This document shows, piece by piece, positions 28,281 through 36,059 of a stretch of DNA of 56,987 nucleotides (within the stretch, counting starts at the first letter, position 1; every line of letters starts with the position of its first letter). A model generated the notes under the pieces. The model ran no database searches. It saw nothing but the letters and a program-made list of their open reading frames with translations, and was not told where the DNA came from. The translations under genes were made by a program, and so were the position numbers. The DNA is from a virus (taxonomy: Duplodnaviria; Caudoviricetes): the IMG/VR virus record IMGVR_UViG_3300021964_000079, positions 1 to 56,987 of that record. One strand, 5' to 3'.

Positions 28281-28531
28281 TACAGATACGCTTCGATACC
28301 CAATCAGTTAAAATGCAGGGGATTACCCCGTGAATAATTAGAACAATAGCCATCACCCACGCATGAGCAAGGTGCATAAAATAGTTAGTGTTGTTTTCCT
28401 TGAGATGTTTCATCAGTCCATAAACTTCCTGTCTTTAATTAAATGATGCAGTCTATGTTTGACTACAGTGAAGAATAGAACAAATAAATTATTTGCCCTG
28501 TATGTTCCGTTTGGAACTTTCAGTTCATATG

Positions 28532-28750
28532 TCATACTGGAAGCTGTGCCTGTCTTGGAAGAAAGTTTAGTTCCCGTGCGTTTGCTTCAATCTTCTCTTT
28601 GAGACTCTTGGAAATAAGACGGCCCACTGTATCGGGTTCAATCTCTTGACGATGGCAATAGTCAAGGACTGCTTCCAAATGAGTGATATTCTTTTCGTTT
28701 GCAATACGTTCGATTTCCATCGAAAATGTCTTTGCAGTATTCAGTGCCAT
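28532..28750 (-). CDS. gp33: Late transcription coactivator gp33
   Basis: FS.EIE...EAVLDYC....IE....LISKSLKEKIE..A..LNFL. Confidence 0.9.
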   Translation of the reverse strand: MALNTAKTFSMEIERIANEKNITHLEAVLDYCHRQEIEPDTVGRLISKSLKEKIEANARELNFLPRQAQLPV

Positions 28751-28761
28751 GTGTACTCCAT

Positions 28762-28805
28762 TAAAATAAAAAATGGGGGTTTTTGAAAGGAACCCCGTAA
28801 CCTTT
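28762..28805 (-). terminator. Terminator-like hairpin that can also form an H-type pseudoknot
   Basis: GGGGTT/AACCCC stem followed by a U-run; the loop CCTTT is complementary to upstream AAAGG. Confidence 0.55.
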
Positions 28806-28809
28806 AGTC

Positions 28810-29181
28810 TTAGAACTTATATTCAGTCTTAACACCGACAATTTTATCGGCGGTTTCAAAATCATTATTGAAATTGACTTCACCATAAGGTGTAATACCA
28901 AAGGATTCATTCACATCAAATGTATATCCACCCCAAAACTCAACATTAGAAATTTCACTGTCGTCCCAGCTAAACGATGGTTTAACTGACAGATCAAATC
29001 CCTTAATTCCAGCAACCACACCAAATTTTGTAGAGGTTGTTTCCTGAGTTACATTACGCTCAGTATCAGTCACAAAGGACATGTCAATTTTAGGTAGAAC
29101 AGATGAAACTTTCTTCTCTTCTGCCATAGCAACACTTGAAATACAAGTTGCTAGTGCAACTCCGATCATTAGTTTCTTCAT
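28810..29181 (-). CDS. Small secreted/outer-membrane beta-barrel-like protein
   Basis: Signal peptide (AMA/EE), alternating beta-strands, C-terminal YKF. Confidence 0.6.
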   Translation of the reverse strand: MKKLMIGVALATCISSVAMAEEKKVSSVLPKIDMSFVTDTERNVTQETTSTKFGVVAGIKGFDLSVKPSFSWDDSEISNVEFWGGYTFDVNESFGITPYGEVNFNNDFETADKIVGVKTEYKF

Positions 29182-29203
29182 TTGTTTAGTCTCCCTTTAA
29201 AAG

Positions 29204-29254
29204 TTGAGGGGCTAACCGTTGGCCCCTCACGGATGTATTACGGCATCACCCGTT
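29204..29254 (-). ncRNA. Candidate two-hairpin kissing-loop RNA element
   Basis: ACGGGTG/CATCCGT and TGAGGGGC/GCCCCTCA stems; loops contain complementary GCCGT and ACGGT. Confidence 0.55.
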
Positions 29255-29277
29255 AGTAGTGGTATTTAGTCTGTTAA

Positions 29278-29547
29278 TCAGACACCCTGTGCAAGAGCAC
29301 GATAACCAGCAGCAATCACAGCACGGGTTGGCTTACCAATACGATACTTATTGTAAACCTTAGTCTCACCTTCAAACACACTAGTGCGTTTGTTGAGATA
29401 TACAGGATATCCCTGCATACGAAGTGAGCTCATGAGCGCTCGAACATTCTTAACGCCATATCGAGCGCTAATCTGTTTCGCAGTAAGTTCAGTACCGTTT
29501 TCGAGAGCGGCAATAACCTTAGAAGTCTTAGTCGTAGTTTTAGTCAT
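29278..29547 (-). CDS. Winged-HTH-like DNA-binding protein
   Basis: L..G..LTAKQISARYGV.N.RA..S.LR..GY.VY; start chosen at MTKTT. Confidence 0.65.
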   Translation of the reverse strand: MTKTTTKTSKVIAALENGTELTAKQISARYGVKNVRALMSSLRMQGYPVYLNKRTSVFEGETKVYNKYRIGKPTRAVIAAGYRALAQGV

Positions 29548-29588
29548 AGTATAATTCATCCTTTCAAGATGATAAGTTAGACAATATT

Positions 29589-29637
29589 TGTCAGACACAA
29601 AGTGTTTCGTTTGAATTTCACAAACTCATCAGTGACA
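29589..29637 (-). ncRNA. Type I hammerhead ribozyme
   Basis: UGUCA-CUGAUGA-GUUUG(UGAAAUU)CAAAC-GAA-ACAC(UUU)GUGU-C^UGACA: complete core and three stems. Confidence 0.9.
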
Positions 29638-29647
29638 TTATATACAG

Positions 29648-29676
29648 AGTATAACAGGTTATTATATATTTGTCAA
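29648..29676 (-). promoter_or_regulatory. Sigma70-like promoter upstream of the hammerhead
   Basis: TTGACA-17 nt-TATACT. Confidence 0.7.
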
Positions 29677-29691
29677 TACTCTTTTTGAATA

Positions 29692-29863
29692 AAGTGGTGG
29701 GTATTCTGTTGCAAGGAACCCACCGAACCCCGAAAGATTATGCTGCTAGAGCGTAATCTCCATAGTTTGCATTATCGTTTGCATTTAGAAATTTGACCAA
29801 TAACGCAGTCATCCGACAATTCTCCACTCATCTATTCCAGCCTGTCGATCCTATTTCGCCCCC
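29692..29863 (-). ncRNA. ssrA: tmRNA coding piece (permuted two-piece ssrA); tag ANDNANYGDYALAA at 29782-29738
   Basis: 5' GGGGGCGAAATAGGATCGAC; resume codon context TAAAT-GCA; tag ends in ALAA; 3' GGTGGGT..GCAACAGAA.ACCCACC motif; 3' boundary approximate. Confidence 0.92.
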
Positions 29864-29864
29864 A

Positions 29865-29999
29865 TCAAAAAGAGATTTTACCATAACCAAGTAACAAGGC
29901 TATGATACCAGAAATGAGAATAATATCAGCGCATACACTCCAAAGAATATATAACTTAAACATAAATACCGATATTTTTTTTACTAGAGGATTCTTCAT
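29865..29999 (-). CDS. 44-aa single-TM protein inside the tmRNA intervening segment
   Basis: AGGAG 6 nt before ATG; MKNPLVKKISVFMFKLYILWSVCADIILISGIIALLLGYGKISF; stop 1 nt before tmRNA G1. Confidence 0.6.
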   Translation of the reverse strand: MKNPLVKKISVFMFKLYILWSVCADIILISGIIALLLGYGKISF

Positions 30000-30040
30000 C
30001 TGAATCTCCTGATATCATCTCTTTCATGACAATCTCCTTT

Positions 30041-30104
30041 TGGTGGAGGCGGGGGGTATCGCACCCCCGTCCAGTTCTGTATTCAATTCGTATCATCAAA
30101 TTGT
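30041..30104 (-). ncRNA. ssrA: tmRNA acceptor piece (3' half of the tRNA-like domain with CCA)
   Basis: GGACGGGGGTGCGATACCCCCCGCCTCCACCA; CGCCTCC pairs with GGGGGCG giving G3-U70 and A73; 5' boundary approximate. Confidence 0.9.
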
Positions 30105-30110
30105 ATCTTA

Positions 30111-30139
30111 TATATAACACACGGGGATTAATAAGTCAA
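30111..30139 (-). promoter_or_regulatory. Sigma70-like promoter for tmRNA
   Basis: TTGACT-17 nt-TATATA. Confidence 0.55.
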
Positions 30140-30523
30140 GTGCTTTATTGGCATTCCTTTAATTTTTTTTGGTAATGAAAGTAAAGTTCCACCCACTCCC
30201 TGACTTAAAATACACGCCCACTTACCCTGTATTTCTAATACTGTGGCTGTACCCGTGGTTTCATTTATATAGGACATGACAACACTTTTCTGTTCTGCAT
30301 CTACCCAAGCGGAAATTGATTCTTCACCAAACTCTTTGACCTTATCCATAACTTCCTTTACAGGACCGCATAACACAGGTTTCTGTGTTACAATCCAATT
30401 TGGAAATTCTTTTAAATCTTGTGGTTCTGGAATTGTTTCTTGCGCTAAGGTTTGGCTACCCATTAACAGAAACACTGCCAGTACTGCTACTAGAGGTTTC
30501 ATTCTGTTTGCTCCATTCTGCAA
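30128..30523 (-). CDS. Secreted hypothetical protein (start probably MKPLV)
   Basis: Signal-peptide-like N-terminus, KPVLCG...ACIL. Confidence 0.6.
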   Translation of the reverse strand: MQNGANRMKPLVAVLAVFLLMGSQTLAQETIPEPQDLKEFPNWIVTQKPVLCGPVKEVMDKVKEFGEESISAWVDAEQKSVVMSYINETTGTATVLEIQGKWACILSQGVGGTLLSLPKKIKGMPIKHLTY

Positions 30524-31172
30524 CGGTTTCCACTAGAGCATCAAGGTATTCGTGTTTGTCTCTTACAAACTCTTGGACAGTTCCATCCTCTGTTACTACT
30601 AAAATCACTACCTGAGAGATTTCTATGCCAGTTCTTTCTCCGAACATCTCTGCATACGCAGAACCCTGAATGTAATAACTTTCGTTCCATTCGTCTTTAC
30701 GCTCTTTGGTTGATGTCTTGAAGTCGATAATCGACGGTACACCATTGTACTCTGCAATACAATCAACCCTTCCCGCTACCTTATATTTATCACTATAGAG
30801 TCCTGCTTCTTGTGCATATATGTTATCAATATTGCATAATGCTTTGTCTGCAAGTTGACCAAAAAGACAATATGGCAGGAAATTCTTCTTGTGTTTCGCC
30901 CATTCCTTGGGGAAATTGGTCGGCATGTTGTTGAGGTAATCTTCACACATGTGGTGAACCTTAGTGCCACGATTCGCAGCAGTTCGTGCTACATGGTTGG
31001 CAACTTCATTACCTACCCTCTTACGCCACTCCATCAGTCCCTTCTTATTACGGACTGATAGAACTGTTGTGATTGATGGATACTTATTACCCTCTGGTGT
31101 CTCATATAGACGAACACCGTCCTTATTAGTTGCTGTTATGGGTTGCAACTCCACCCCTACATGATTAAACAT
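30456..31172 (-). CDS. PD-(D/E)XK exonuclease (Cas4/RecB-like phage family)
   Basis: YPSITTVL, RGT.VH..CE, AGRVDCIAEY, IIDFKTS, Y..Q..AY. Confidence 0.88.
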   Translation of the reverse strand: MFNHVGVELQPITATNKDGVRLYETPEGNKYPSITTVLSVRNKKGLMEWRKRVGNEVANHVARTAANRGTKVHHMCEDYLNNMPTNFPKEWAKHKKNFLPYCLFGQLADKALCNIDNIYAQEAGLYSDKYKVAGRVDCIAEYNGVPSIIDFKTSTKERKDEWNESYYIQGSAYAEMFGERTGIEISQVVILVVTEDGTVQEFVRDKHEYLDALVETVAEWSKQNETSSSSTGSVSVNG

Positions 31173-31183
31173 TATTTAATTTT

Positions 31184-31531
31184 CTATTCCTCTTCCCAAG
31201 TATTATTAGAGCTATTAAAAACCTTAACTGTACCATCTTCTCCTGTAATTCTGCCAGTTATGTTGTTTGAGGACATATGTGTATTATATTGATCCCGCCG
31301 TTTGATCCAGTTAGGGGCGGGGTTATCTTCACTAGGAAGATTGTTTATATAATCTGCTTTGGATGCCCAAACATAACTACTTGTTTGCACTAGATTATCG
31401 CTATCAAAACTAGTGGAGATGGTAACATTTTCGAGAATGCGACCCTCACCACTTAACCCCAAATCTTCCCTCGGCCATTGAGTTGAAGTGTTAGGTCTTG
31501 TTATAACTCTTGTGACTGTGTAAGTTGTCAT
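31184..31531 (-). CDS. Hypothetical late protein
   Basis: 115 aa, preceded by TATAAATA (31553-31560) and GGAG. Confidence 0.6.
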   Translation of the reverse strand: MTTYTVTRVITRPNTSTQWPREDLGLSGEGRILENVTISTSFDSDNLVQTSSYVWASKADYINNLPSEDNPAPNWIKRRDQYNTHMSSNNITGRITGEDGTVKVFNSSNNTWEEE

Positions 31532-31562
31532 ATTTAATCTCCATTTATCATATATTTATAAC

Positions 31563-31892
31563 CTATGATAACGCACGAATCCTTGTCGCAGAAATCTTTT
31601 CTATTTCTTCACCAAGATGTTCTTGCTCAATATCATACCCAACATCTCTACCATATGTGATATTCACTATATTCGGAACGTGCATAATAATATAATCCTT
31701 ATCATACTCATATCCGTGATTTTTAAGATCAGCAATAACGTCTGGTTGATCAAACCATCCCTCACCAGTGAGTCGAACCATTATTGCAACTTGGCCAGTC
31801 TTTGCGTGAGCTCTCTTGAAAAGTTCTCTGTGTCCTTTATGCCATGGTTGAAACCGTCCAAGCATTTGAACAGTTGGTTTGTATCTATCCAT
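31563..31892 (-). CDS. HxGH nucleotidyltransferase (cytidylyltransferase-like)
   Basis: MLGRFQPWHKGH ... YGRDVGY ... ISATRIR. Confidence 0.8.
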   Translation of the reverse strand: MDRYKPTVQMLGRFQPWHKGHRELFKRAHAKTGQVAIMVRLTGEGWFDQPDVIADLKNHGYEYDKDYIIMHVPNIVNITYGRDVGYDIEQEHLGEEIEKISATRIRALS

Positions 31893-32248
31893 TTTTCTAT
31901 CCTTATATCATAATCTTCGGGTTCTATGAAAATCTTATTGGTATCCTCATATTTACCGACACCTATTGTTGCCATCCATATTATGAAATCTGCGTCAAAC
32001 TCTCGGCGTGTTTCTTCTGTAGGACAAATGAAGTCTGCAATTGCAACTCCACCAGCCATGACCACCCCATCTGAAAGGTGTTTCATTCTCTGTGATTGTC
32101 GAATACGTCCCTTATCAGAGAAGTCCCAATCATCGTATTTCTCTCTTACTTGATCTGCATTTATCCATATACCAAATAAACTTTTGGCCAGAGGTTCAGC
32201 AAATGTACTCTTACCTGATCCCGGCAGACCCATCACTAAAATCTTCAT
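31781..32248 (-). CDS. Adenylylsulfate (APS) kinase-like protein
   Basis: GLPGSGKS, NADQVR, DFS..GR.RQ..RM, DFICP. Confidence 0.75.
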   Translation of the reverse strand: MKILVMGLPGSGKSTFAEPLAKSLFGIWINADQVREKYDDWDFSDKGRIRQSQRMKHLSDGVVMAGGVAIADFICPTEETRREFDADFIIWMATIGVGKYEDTNKIFIEPEDYDIRIEKWIDTNQLFKCLDGFNHGIKDTENFSRELTQRLAKLQ

Positions 32249-32838
32249 TATTCTCCAAACTCATAATTATACATTTCGATGTCTTTCTCATACCACTGAT
32301 GAACTTTCATTATATCTGCATCATCATAGTATTCCCAATAAGGTTTATGGTCTGTCTTGTTATAATGCTTATAATTTTGGGCCCAATCGACACATATTTT
32401 TGGAAACAAATATTTAACTTCTTCATCATAATTCTCAAACCGTGCTATGTAATCTACATCAGTTAGATAATCACATTGAGGTGTGTTATGATCATGAATT
32501 AGTCCGTCTTTTCTTAAATTCATATTTAACCATTCTTTAAAAGAAATATCTTCTGGGGGTTTAAATTTTCCCCCATTGTAAAAATAATTTGATAATTCTC
32601 TATCCCAAGGATTTCTTACAAAACCAAATTTGAAATACTCATCCCATTCCAAACCTAATTTTGGAAATACACCTTCTTTTATCCAAGAAGATTCAACATG
32701 AAAAGTTGCTTGTCCATCTCGAATTCTTTGTATAACTTTAGCACCAGAATCATGATGCAACATTTGTTTAAATATAGTCGTTCCACCAGTTTTCTGCACT
32801 TTAATAAAGAGATATTTTTTAGTCGATAATATCGTCAT
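32248..32838 (-). CDS. Sulfotransferase (Sulfotransfer_2 family)
   Basis: FIKVQKTGGTT (5'-PSB), FVRNPWDRELSNY (3'-PB), RFEN, Y..DIE...YEF. Confidence 0.85.
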   Translation of the reverse strand: MTILSTKKYLFIKVQKTGGTTIFKQMLHHDSGAKVIQRIRDGQATFHVESSWIKEGVFPKLGLEWDEYFKFGFVRNPWDRELSNYFYNGGKFKPPEDISFKEWLNMNLRKDGLIHDHNTPQCDYLTDVDYIARFENYDEEVKYLFPKICVDWAQNYKHYNKTDHKPYWEYYDDADIMKVHQWYEKDIEMYNYEFGE

Positions 32839-33278
32839 GCCAAAGCACGAATCCTGTCAACTAGTCTATTTGCTCGATTGGTGACCTGACGATACCACGC
32901 CGAGTCAACCATCTCATCTGCGGCGGCATTCCAATCACGGGAATCCACACCACGTTTCATACCCTTGAATCTACTCAGGCGAGGTCGGCCCATATTGAAC
33001 ATCATGTTAGCAATCACTTGCTGAGCTTCTTCTGGCAGATCGTCAAAGTCTTCGTAAAGGATGTGGCAGTCTCGCAAGACGTTTTCGCAATCCTGTTCGA
33101 AGGCCTCAATGACTCTGGACTCACTGACGGGAGCGCCGATGGGATCACCGTATTCGGGGTCAGACTCAAGGACCAAATGGCCGACGCCAAAAGTAGCATA
33201 ACCAAGATGGTCATTATATACCTCATATTTAACTCCCTCGTCGATTTCGAGTTGTTCTCTAAATTGTTCTAAATTCAT
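32835..33278 (-). CDS. T4-type lysozyme (GH24) endolysin
   Basis: DEG...Y.D.LGY.T.GVGH, NM.FNMG, AA.EM.DS.W..Q...RA.RL. Confidence 0.9.
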   Translation of the reverse strand: MNLEQFREQLEIDEGVKYEVYNDHLGYATFGVGHLVLESDPEYGDPIGAPVSESRVIEAFEQDCENVLRDCHILYEDFDDLPEEAQQVIANMMFNMGRPRLSRFKGMKRGVDSRDWNAAADEMVDSAWYRQVTNRANRLVDRIRALA

Positions 33279-33991
33279 TATTCCATTCCTATCCCAAGCT
33301 TAATCTTATTAATGAGATAACTACGAACGAAGCCACTACGGACAATATCACCGATAGTAAACTCAGTACAGTTAAACTCTTCCATCTCCTCAAGAATTCT
33401 GAGGAAGTCATGTAATCCATTTTTTTCATTTGTCCTCTGTAAATCAGTCTGATCAAAGTCACCACAGAACATAATCTTTGAGTCTTGACCAACACGGGTG
33501 ACAATAGTATCAAGTTCGTGGAAATTCATATTCTGGCATTCATCTACTATAATGATTGCGTTATCAAATGTCAACCCTCTTAGGAAAGAAGTTGATAGGA
33601 AGTAGAGTGTACCCTGTCCCTTGAGACGATCATACAGATTGCTGAACGCCTGTTCATTTGGTTGTTCAAACATGAACTGTACCATGTTCTGATATGGCAC
33701 CTGATACAGTGCGGCCTTATCTTCTTCATCACCCGGCAGGAAACCAATCTCCCTCGTAGGGATAAGTGATCGAACCAATATGACCTTCTCATATTTGGTC
33801 TTCAAGTCCATCACTGCTTGCAGTGCAAGAAACAATGCACTAAAAGTCTTACCTGTACCCGCAGCACCAAATAGGAACTGGTTCTTACCATCCTTAAATG
33901 ATTTAAAAACCACTTTCTGATTATCAGTGATGGGTTTGACTGATACTAGATTATTGTGATTGATCTCTTTGTTCTTCTTAACACTGACCAT
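33278..33991 (-). CDS. phoH: PhoH-family ATPase
   Basis: GAAGTGKT, IGFLPG, RGLTF, IVDECQN, TRVG, GD..Q.D. Confidence 0.95.
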   Translation of the reverse strand: MVSVKKNKEINHNNLVSVKPITDNQKVVFKSFKDGKNQFLFGAAGTGKTFSALFLALQAVMDLKTKYEKVILVRSLIPTREIGFLPGDEEDKAALYQVPYQNMVQFMFEQPNEQAFSNLYDRLKGQGTLYFLSTSFLRGLTFDNAIIIVDECQNMNFHELDTIVTRVGQDSKIMFCGDFDQTDLQRTNEKNGLHDFLRILEEMEEFNCTEFTIGDIVRSGFVRSYLINKIKLGIGME

Positions 33992-34013
33992 TATATATCC
34001 TTATTATGAAAGT

Positions 34014-34131
34014 AGTGAGAGGGGGGTTCGGACCCCCCTCTGATGCATAGGCGGAGTGACTTCCCAGCTTCCGTTGCCGCTGTGCAGCAGTGCTGAAGTT
34101 TGATTTCTCGCCCGCATCAATACTATTTATA
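34014..34131 (-). ncRNA. Candidate structured RNA between a late promoter and phoH
   Basis: TATAAATA (34124-34131), then nested stems TGATGC/GCATCA, GGGCG/CGCCT, CTTCAGC/GCTG.GAAG, CTGCT/AGCGG, then the GAGGGGGG/CCCCCCTC hairpin. Confidence 0.5.
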
Positions 34132-34431
34132 CTAAACAACACCGTGCTTTTTAAGAACTGCACGAGTTTTTTGTTGTTTGGTAGTCTCACCCCCATAGCG
34201 GTCAGCAAGGGCAGAACCGGGATGTGCCTCAGCAATCCGCTGAAGGTTCTCTGTCATACCACCATCTTGTTTTGGTCCCATACCCATGATATGATCACCG
34301 ACAAAAGCAAACCCACCGGGGATTTGACTGATATGTGGATTATCCTTTAGATACTCTTCACGTTCAGAATTAGGCATCATATCATCCCATTCCTTACCTG
34401 TCTTTTTATCATAAAATGTATATGTTGGCAT
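34132..34431 (-). CDS. Conserved hypothetical protein (FmdB-like N-terminus MPTYTF)
   Basis: MPTY.F....TG.....M.......YL..NPHI.Q. Confidence 0.65.
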   Translation of the reverse strand: MPTYTFYDKKTGKEWDDMMPNSEREEYLKDNPHISQIPGGFAFVGDHIMGMGPKQDGGMTENLQRIAEAHPGSALADRYGGETTKQQKTRAVLKKHGVV

Positions 34432-34563
34432 TATACGTCTAACTCCAGTTGTTTAGGGTCACCACCAAGCAAGGAAACCTTACGTTCTAATTCTTCTACT
34501 CTACTGAGTAATTCTCTCTCCATGCTGGTTAGACCAACCTTACCATACATATAATTTCTCTCC

Positions 34564-35088
34564 TCACGCATTCGTCGCCCCATGTAATCCCAATGACTCT
34601 CTCTCTGCATTAAACCACTCCGGTACTGCTCTACTCTTCCAAGTGGCAAAGCCTGATTTCTCAACTATATAGTACTTCTGATAAGCAAGCACCGTGTCAT
34701 CACCTTTGCACTCTTCGGGCATACACTGGGGTGGATCACTAAAGAATGTTTCAAAATCCATATTCTTGGGAGACTTAAACAATGGTGCAAGCAACCGTTC
34801 TGTAGCATGGTTTTTGCCATACCGATAAGTGTACTCTACCATAAGAGCAACCATGTGGTCGTACAACCATGTGTAATTTTCCAAACTGGAACGAACCCAG
34901 ATAGTGCTTGGATGATTCTTATGAGCCAGTTTATACAGACCCTTACGATCAGCATACTCATCCCCGTCAAGGACACGATGGGCAGTGGAGAGCATCTGTG
35001 CGCTCTCCAGTATCATCTTGACCACATGCTTATCACACATCATCTGTGCAGCAACAACGGGGTCACGGTCTAGGTAGAATATGTTCAT
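34564..35088 (-). CDS. Pyrimidine-dimer DNA glycosylase-like protein
   Basis: MNIFYLD.DP..AA...CDKHVVKMILESAQMLSTAH, YK.AH.NHP. Confidence 0.8.
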   Translation of the reverse strand: MNIFYLDRDPVVAAQMMCDKHVVKMILESAQMLSTAHRVLDGDEYADRKGLYKLAHKNHPSTIWVRSSLENYTWLYDHMVALMVEYTYRYGKNHATERLLAPLFKSPKNMDFETFFSDPPQCMPEECKGDDTVLAYQKYYIVEKSGFATWKSRAVPEWFNAERESLGLHGATNA

Positions 35089-35312
35089 TTCTTGTACATA
35101 TCTCCATAATTATCGTATGCATATTCTGCAATTTCAGCAAACCCTTTAGGGTCATCGATCTTACCATTATTAGGACCACATCCACAGTTCTCAATATAAT
35201 GTTGAGTGCAACCAAATGTAATCCATCTATACCAGTGTTTTGCAAGCCATACTCTGGTACGAATACCATCACCATACCACCGATTAATTTTATTCTCAAG
35301 TCGTTTGTTCAT
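35085..35312 (-). CDS. Hypothetical protein
   Basis: 75 aa with GAGG RBS. Confidence 0.55.
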   Translation of the reverse strand: MNKRLENKINRWYGDGIRTRVWLAKHWYRWITFGCTQHYIENCGCGPNNGKIDDPKGFAEIAEYAYDNYGDMYKK

Positions 35313-35343
35313 TGCATTTCCTCAATCGTATCCATAACAGCGC

Positions 35344-35577
35344 TCATTCTTCTTTCCTTTTCGAATTCAACAATAACATCTTACCTTGTTTTTCATCTAA
35401 TGTCAAGACCCTTTCAGTCTCAATCATGTCAATAATTATAGTTGTGATACCAACTTCCTTATCCAACTCAGCAATCTTTCTTTGTAGTTTTATCAGCGTT
35501 TCCTGATAATACTCAATCTCCTGTTGTTTCTTGAGTCTAGACTCAATCAGGTCTGTCAGTGATATTACCTCTGCCAT
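35344..35577 (-). CDS. Coiled-coil hypothetical protein
   Basis: 77-aa ORF. Confidence 0.6.
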   Translation of the reverse strand: MAEVISLTDLIESRLKKQQEIEYYQETLIKLQRKIAELDKEVGITTIIIDMIETERVLTLDEKQGKMLLLNSKRKEE

Positions 35578-36059
35578 GATAATCTTTCTATCATTGCGCT
35601 TTTAGCATTACATTGAAATACGACGATTGGCCGCAATTCCTGACAATACTTTGAAATTGGTTGTCCTTGGTGTATCTGGTCACAACTGAAAATCACTAAC
35701 CGATCACCAACATATGAAACCAGAGTGTCACCAATCAATGTTCCACCACCCCAATCAGATTGCCAATCCAGTTTTGGATAATATATCATGGTGAAGTCAC
35801 AAGCGTCATAATGAGCTTGTTGTTCCAACCCATGAGTGTGGCCAAGAATATAAGAGGAGTTAACGGAATCTAAACCCTCTAATTGGATTGATCCTACCAA
35901 ATCTTTGAACAGGTCATCAATGAAAGGTTTTCCGTCAGAATACCAGTGCTTGTTGAGTAGTGGTGGAGTTATTGGTTGATACTCGTATGACCATTTTAAA
36001 TGGGATATCTCTTGATCATATTTGTTAGTACCCAGAACATTATCAAATATTTCAATCAT
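35565..36059 (-). CDS. 2OG-Fe(II) oxygenase
   Basis: HYD..FTMIYY...W..DWGGGT, RLVIF....HQG, LR..VVF. Confidence 0.8.
   Translation of the reverse strand: MIEIFDNVLGTNKYDQEISHLKWSYEYQPITPPLLNKHWYSDGKPFIDDLFKDLVGSIQLEGLDSVNSSYILGHTHGLEQQAHYDACDFTMIYYPKLDWQSDWGGGTLIGDTLVSYVGDRLVIFSCDQIHQGQPISKYCQELRPIVVFQCNAKSAMIERLSWQR

Noticed and set aside
29548-29598. N-terminal extension (MSDKYC...) of the HTH ORF
   Set aside because: The GTG lies in the hammerhead cleavage site; an RBS-supported ATG exists downstream
30456-31172. Cas4-like nuclease suggesting a CRISPR system
   Set aside because: No repeat-spacer array or other cas genes seen; this is the common stand-alone T4-like exonuclease
31885-31900. 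Programmed frameshift joining APS kinase and HxGH transferase
   Set aside because: Only a short A-run (GAA AAA), not a full slippery heptamer; the downstream ORF has its own ATG
33978-34235. 85-aa ORF across the structured region upstream of phoH
   Set aside because: TTG/GTG-type start with no RBS, overlaps a better ORF and spans a late promoter and hairpins
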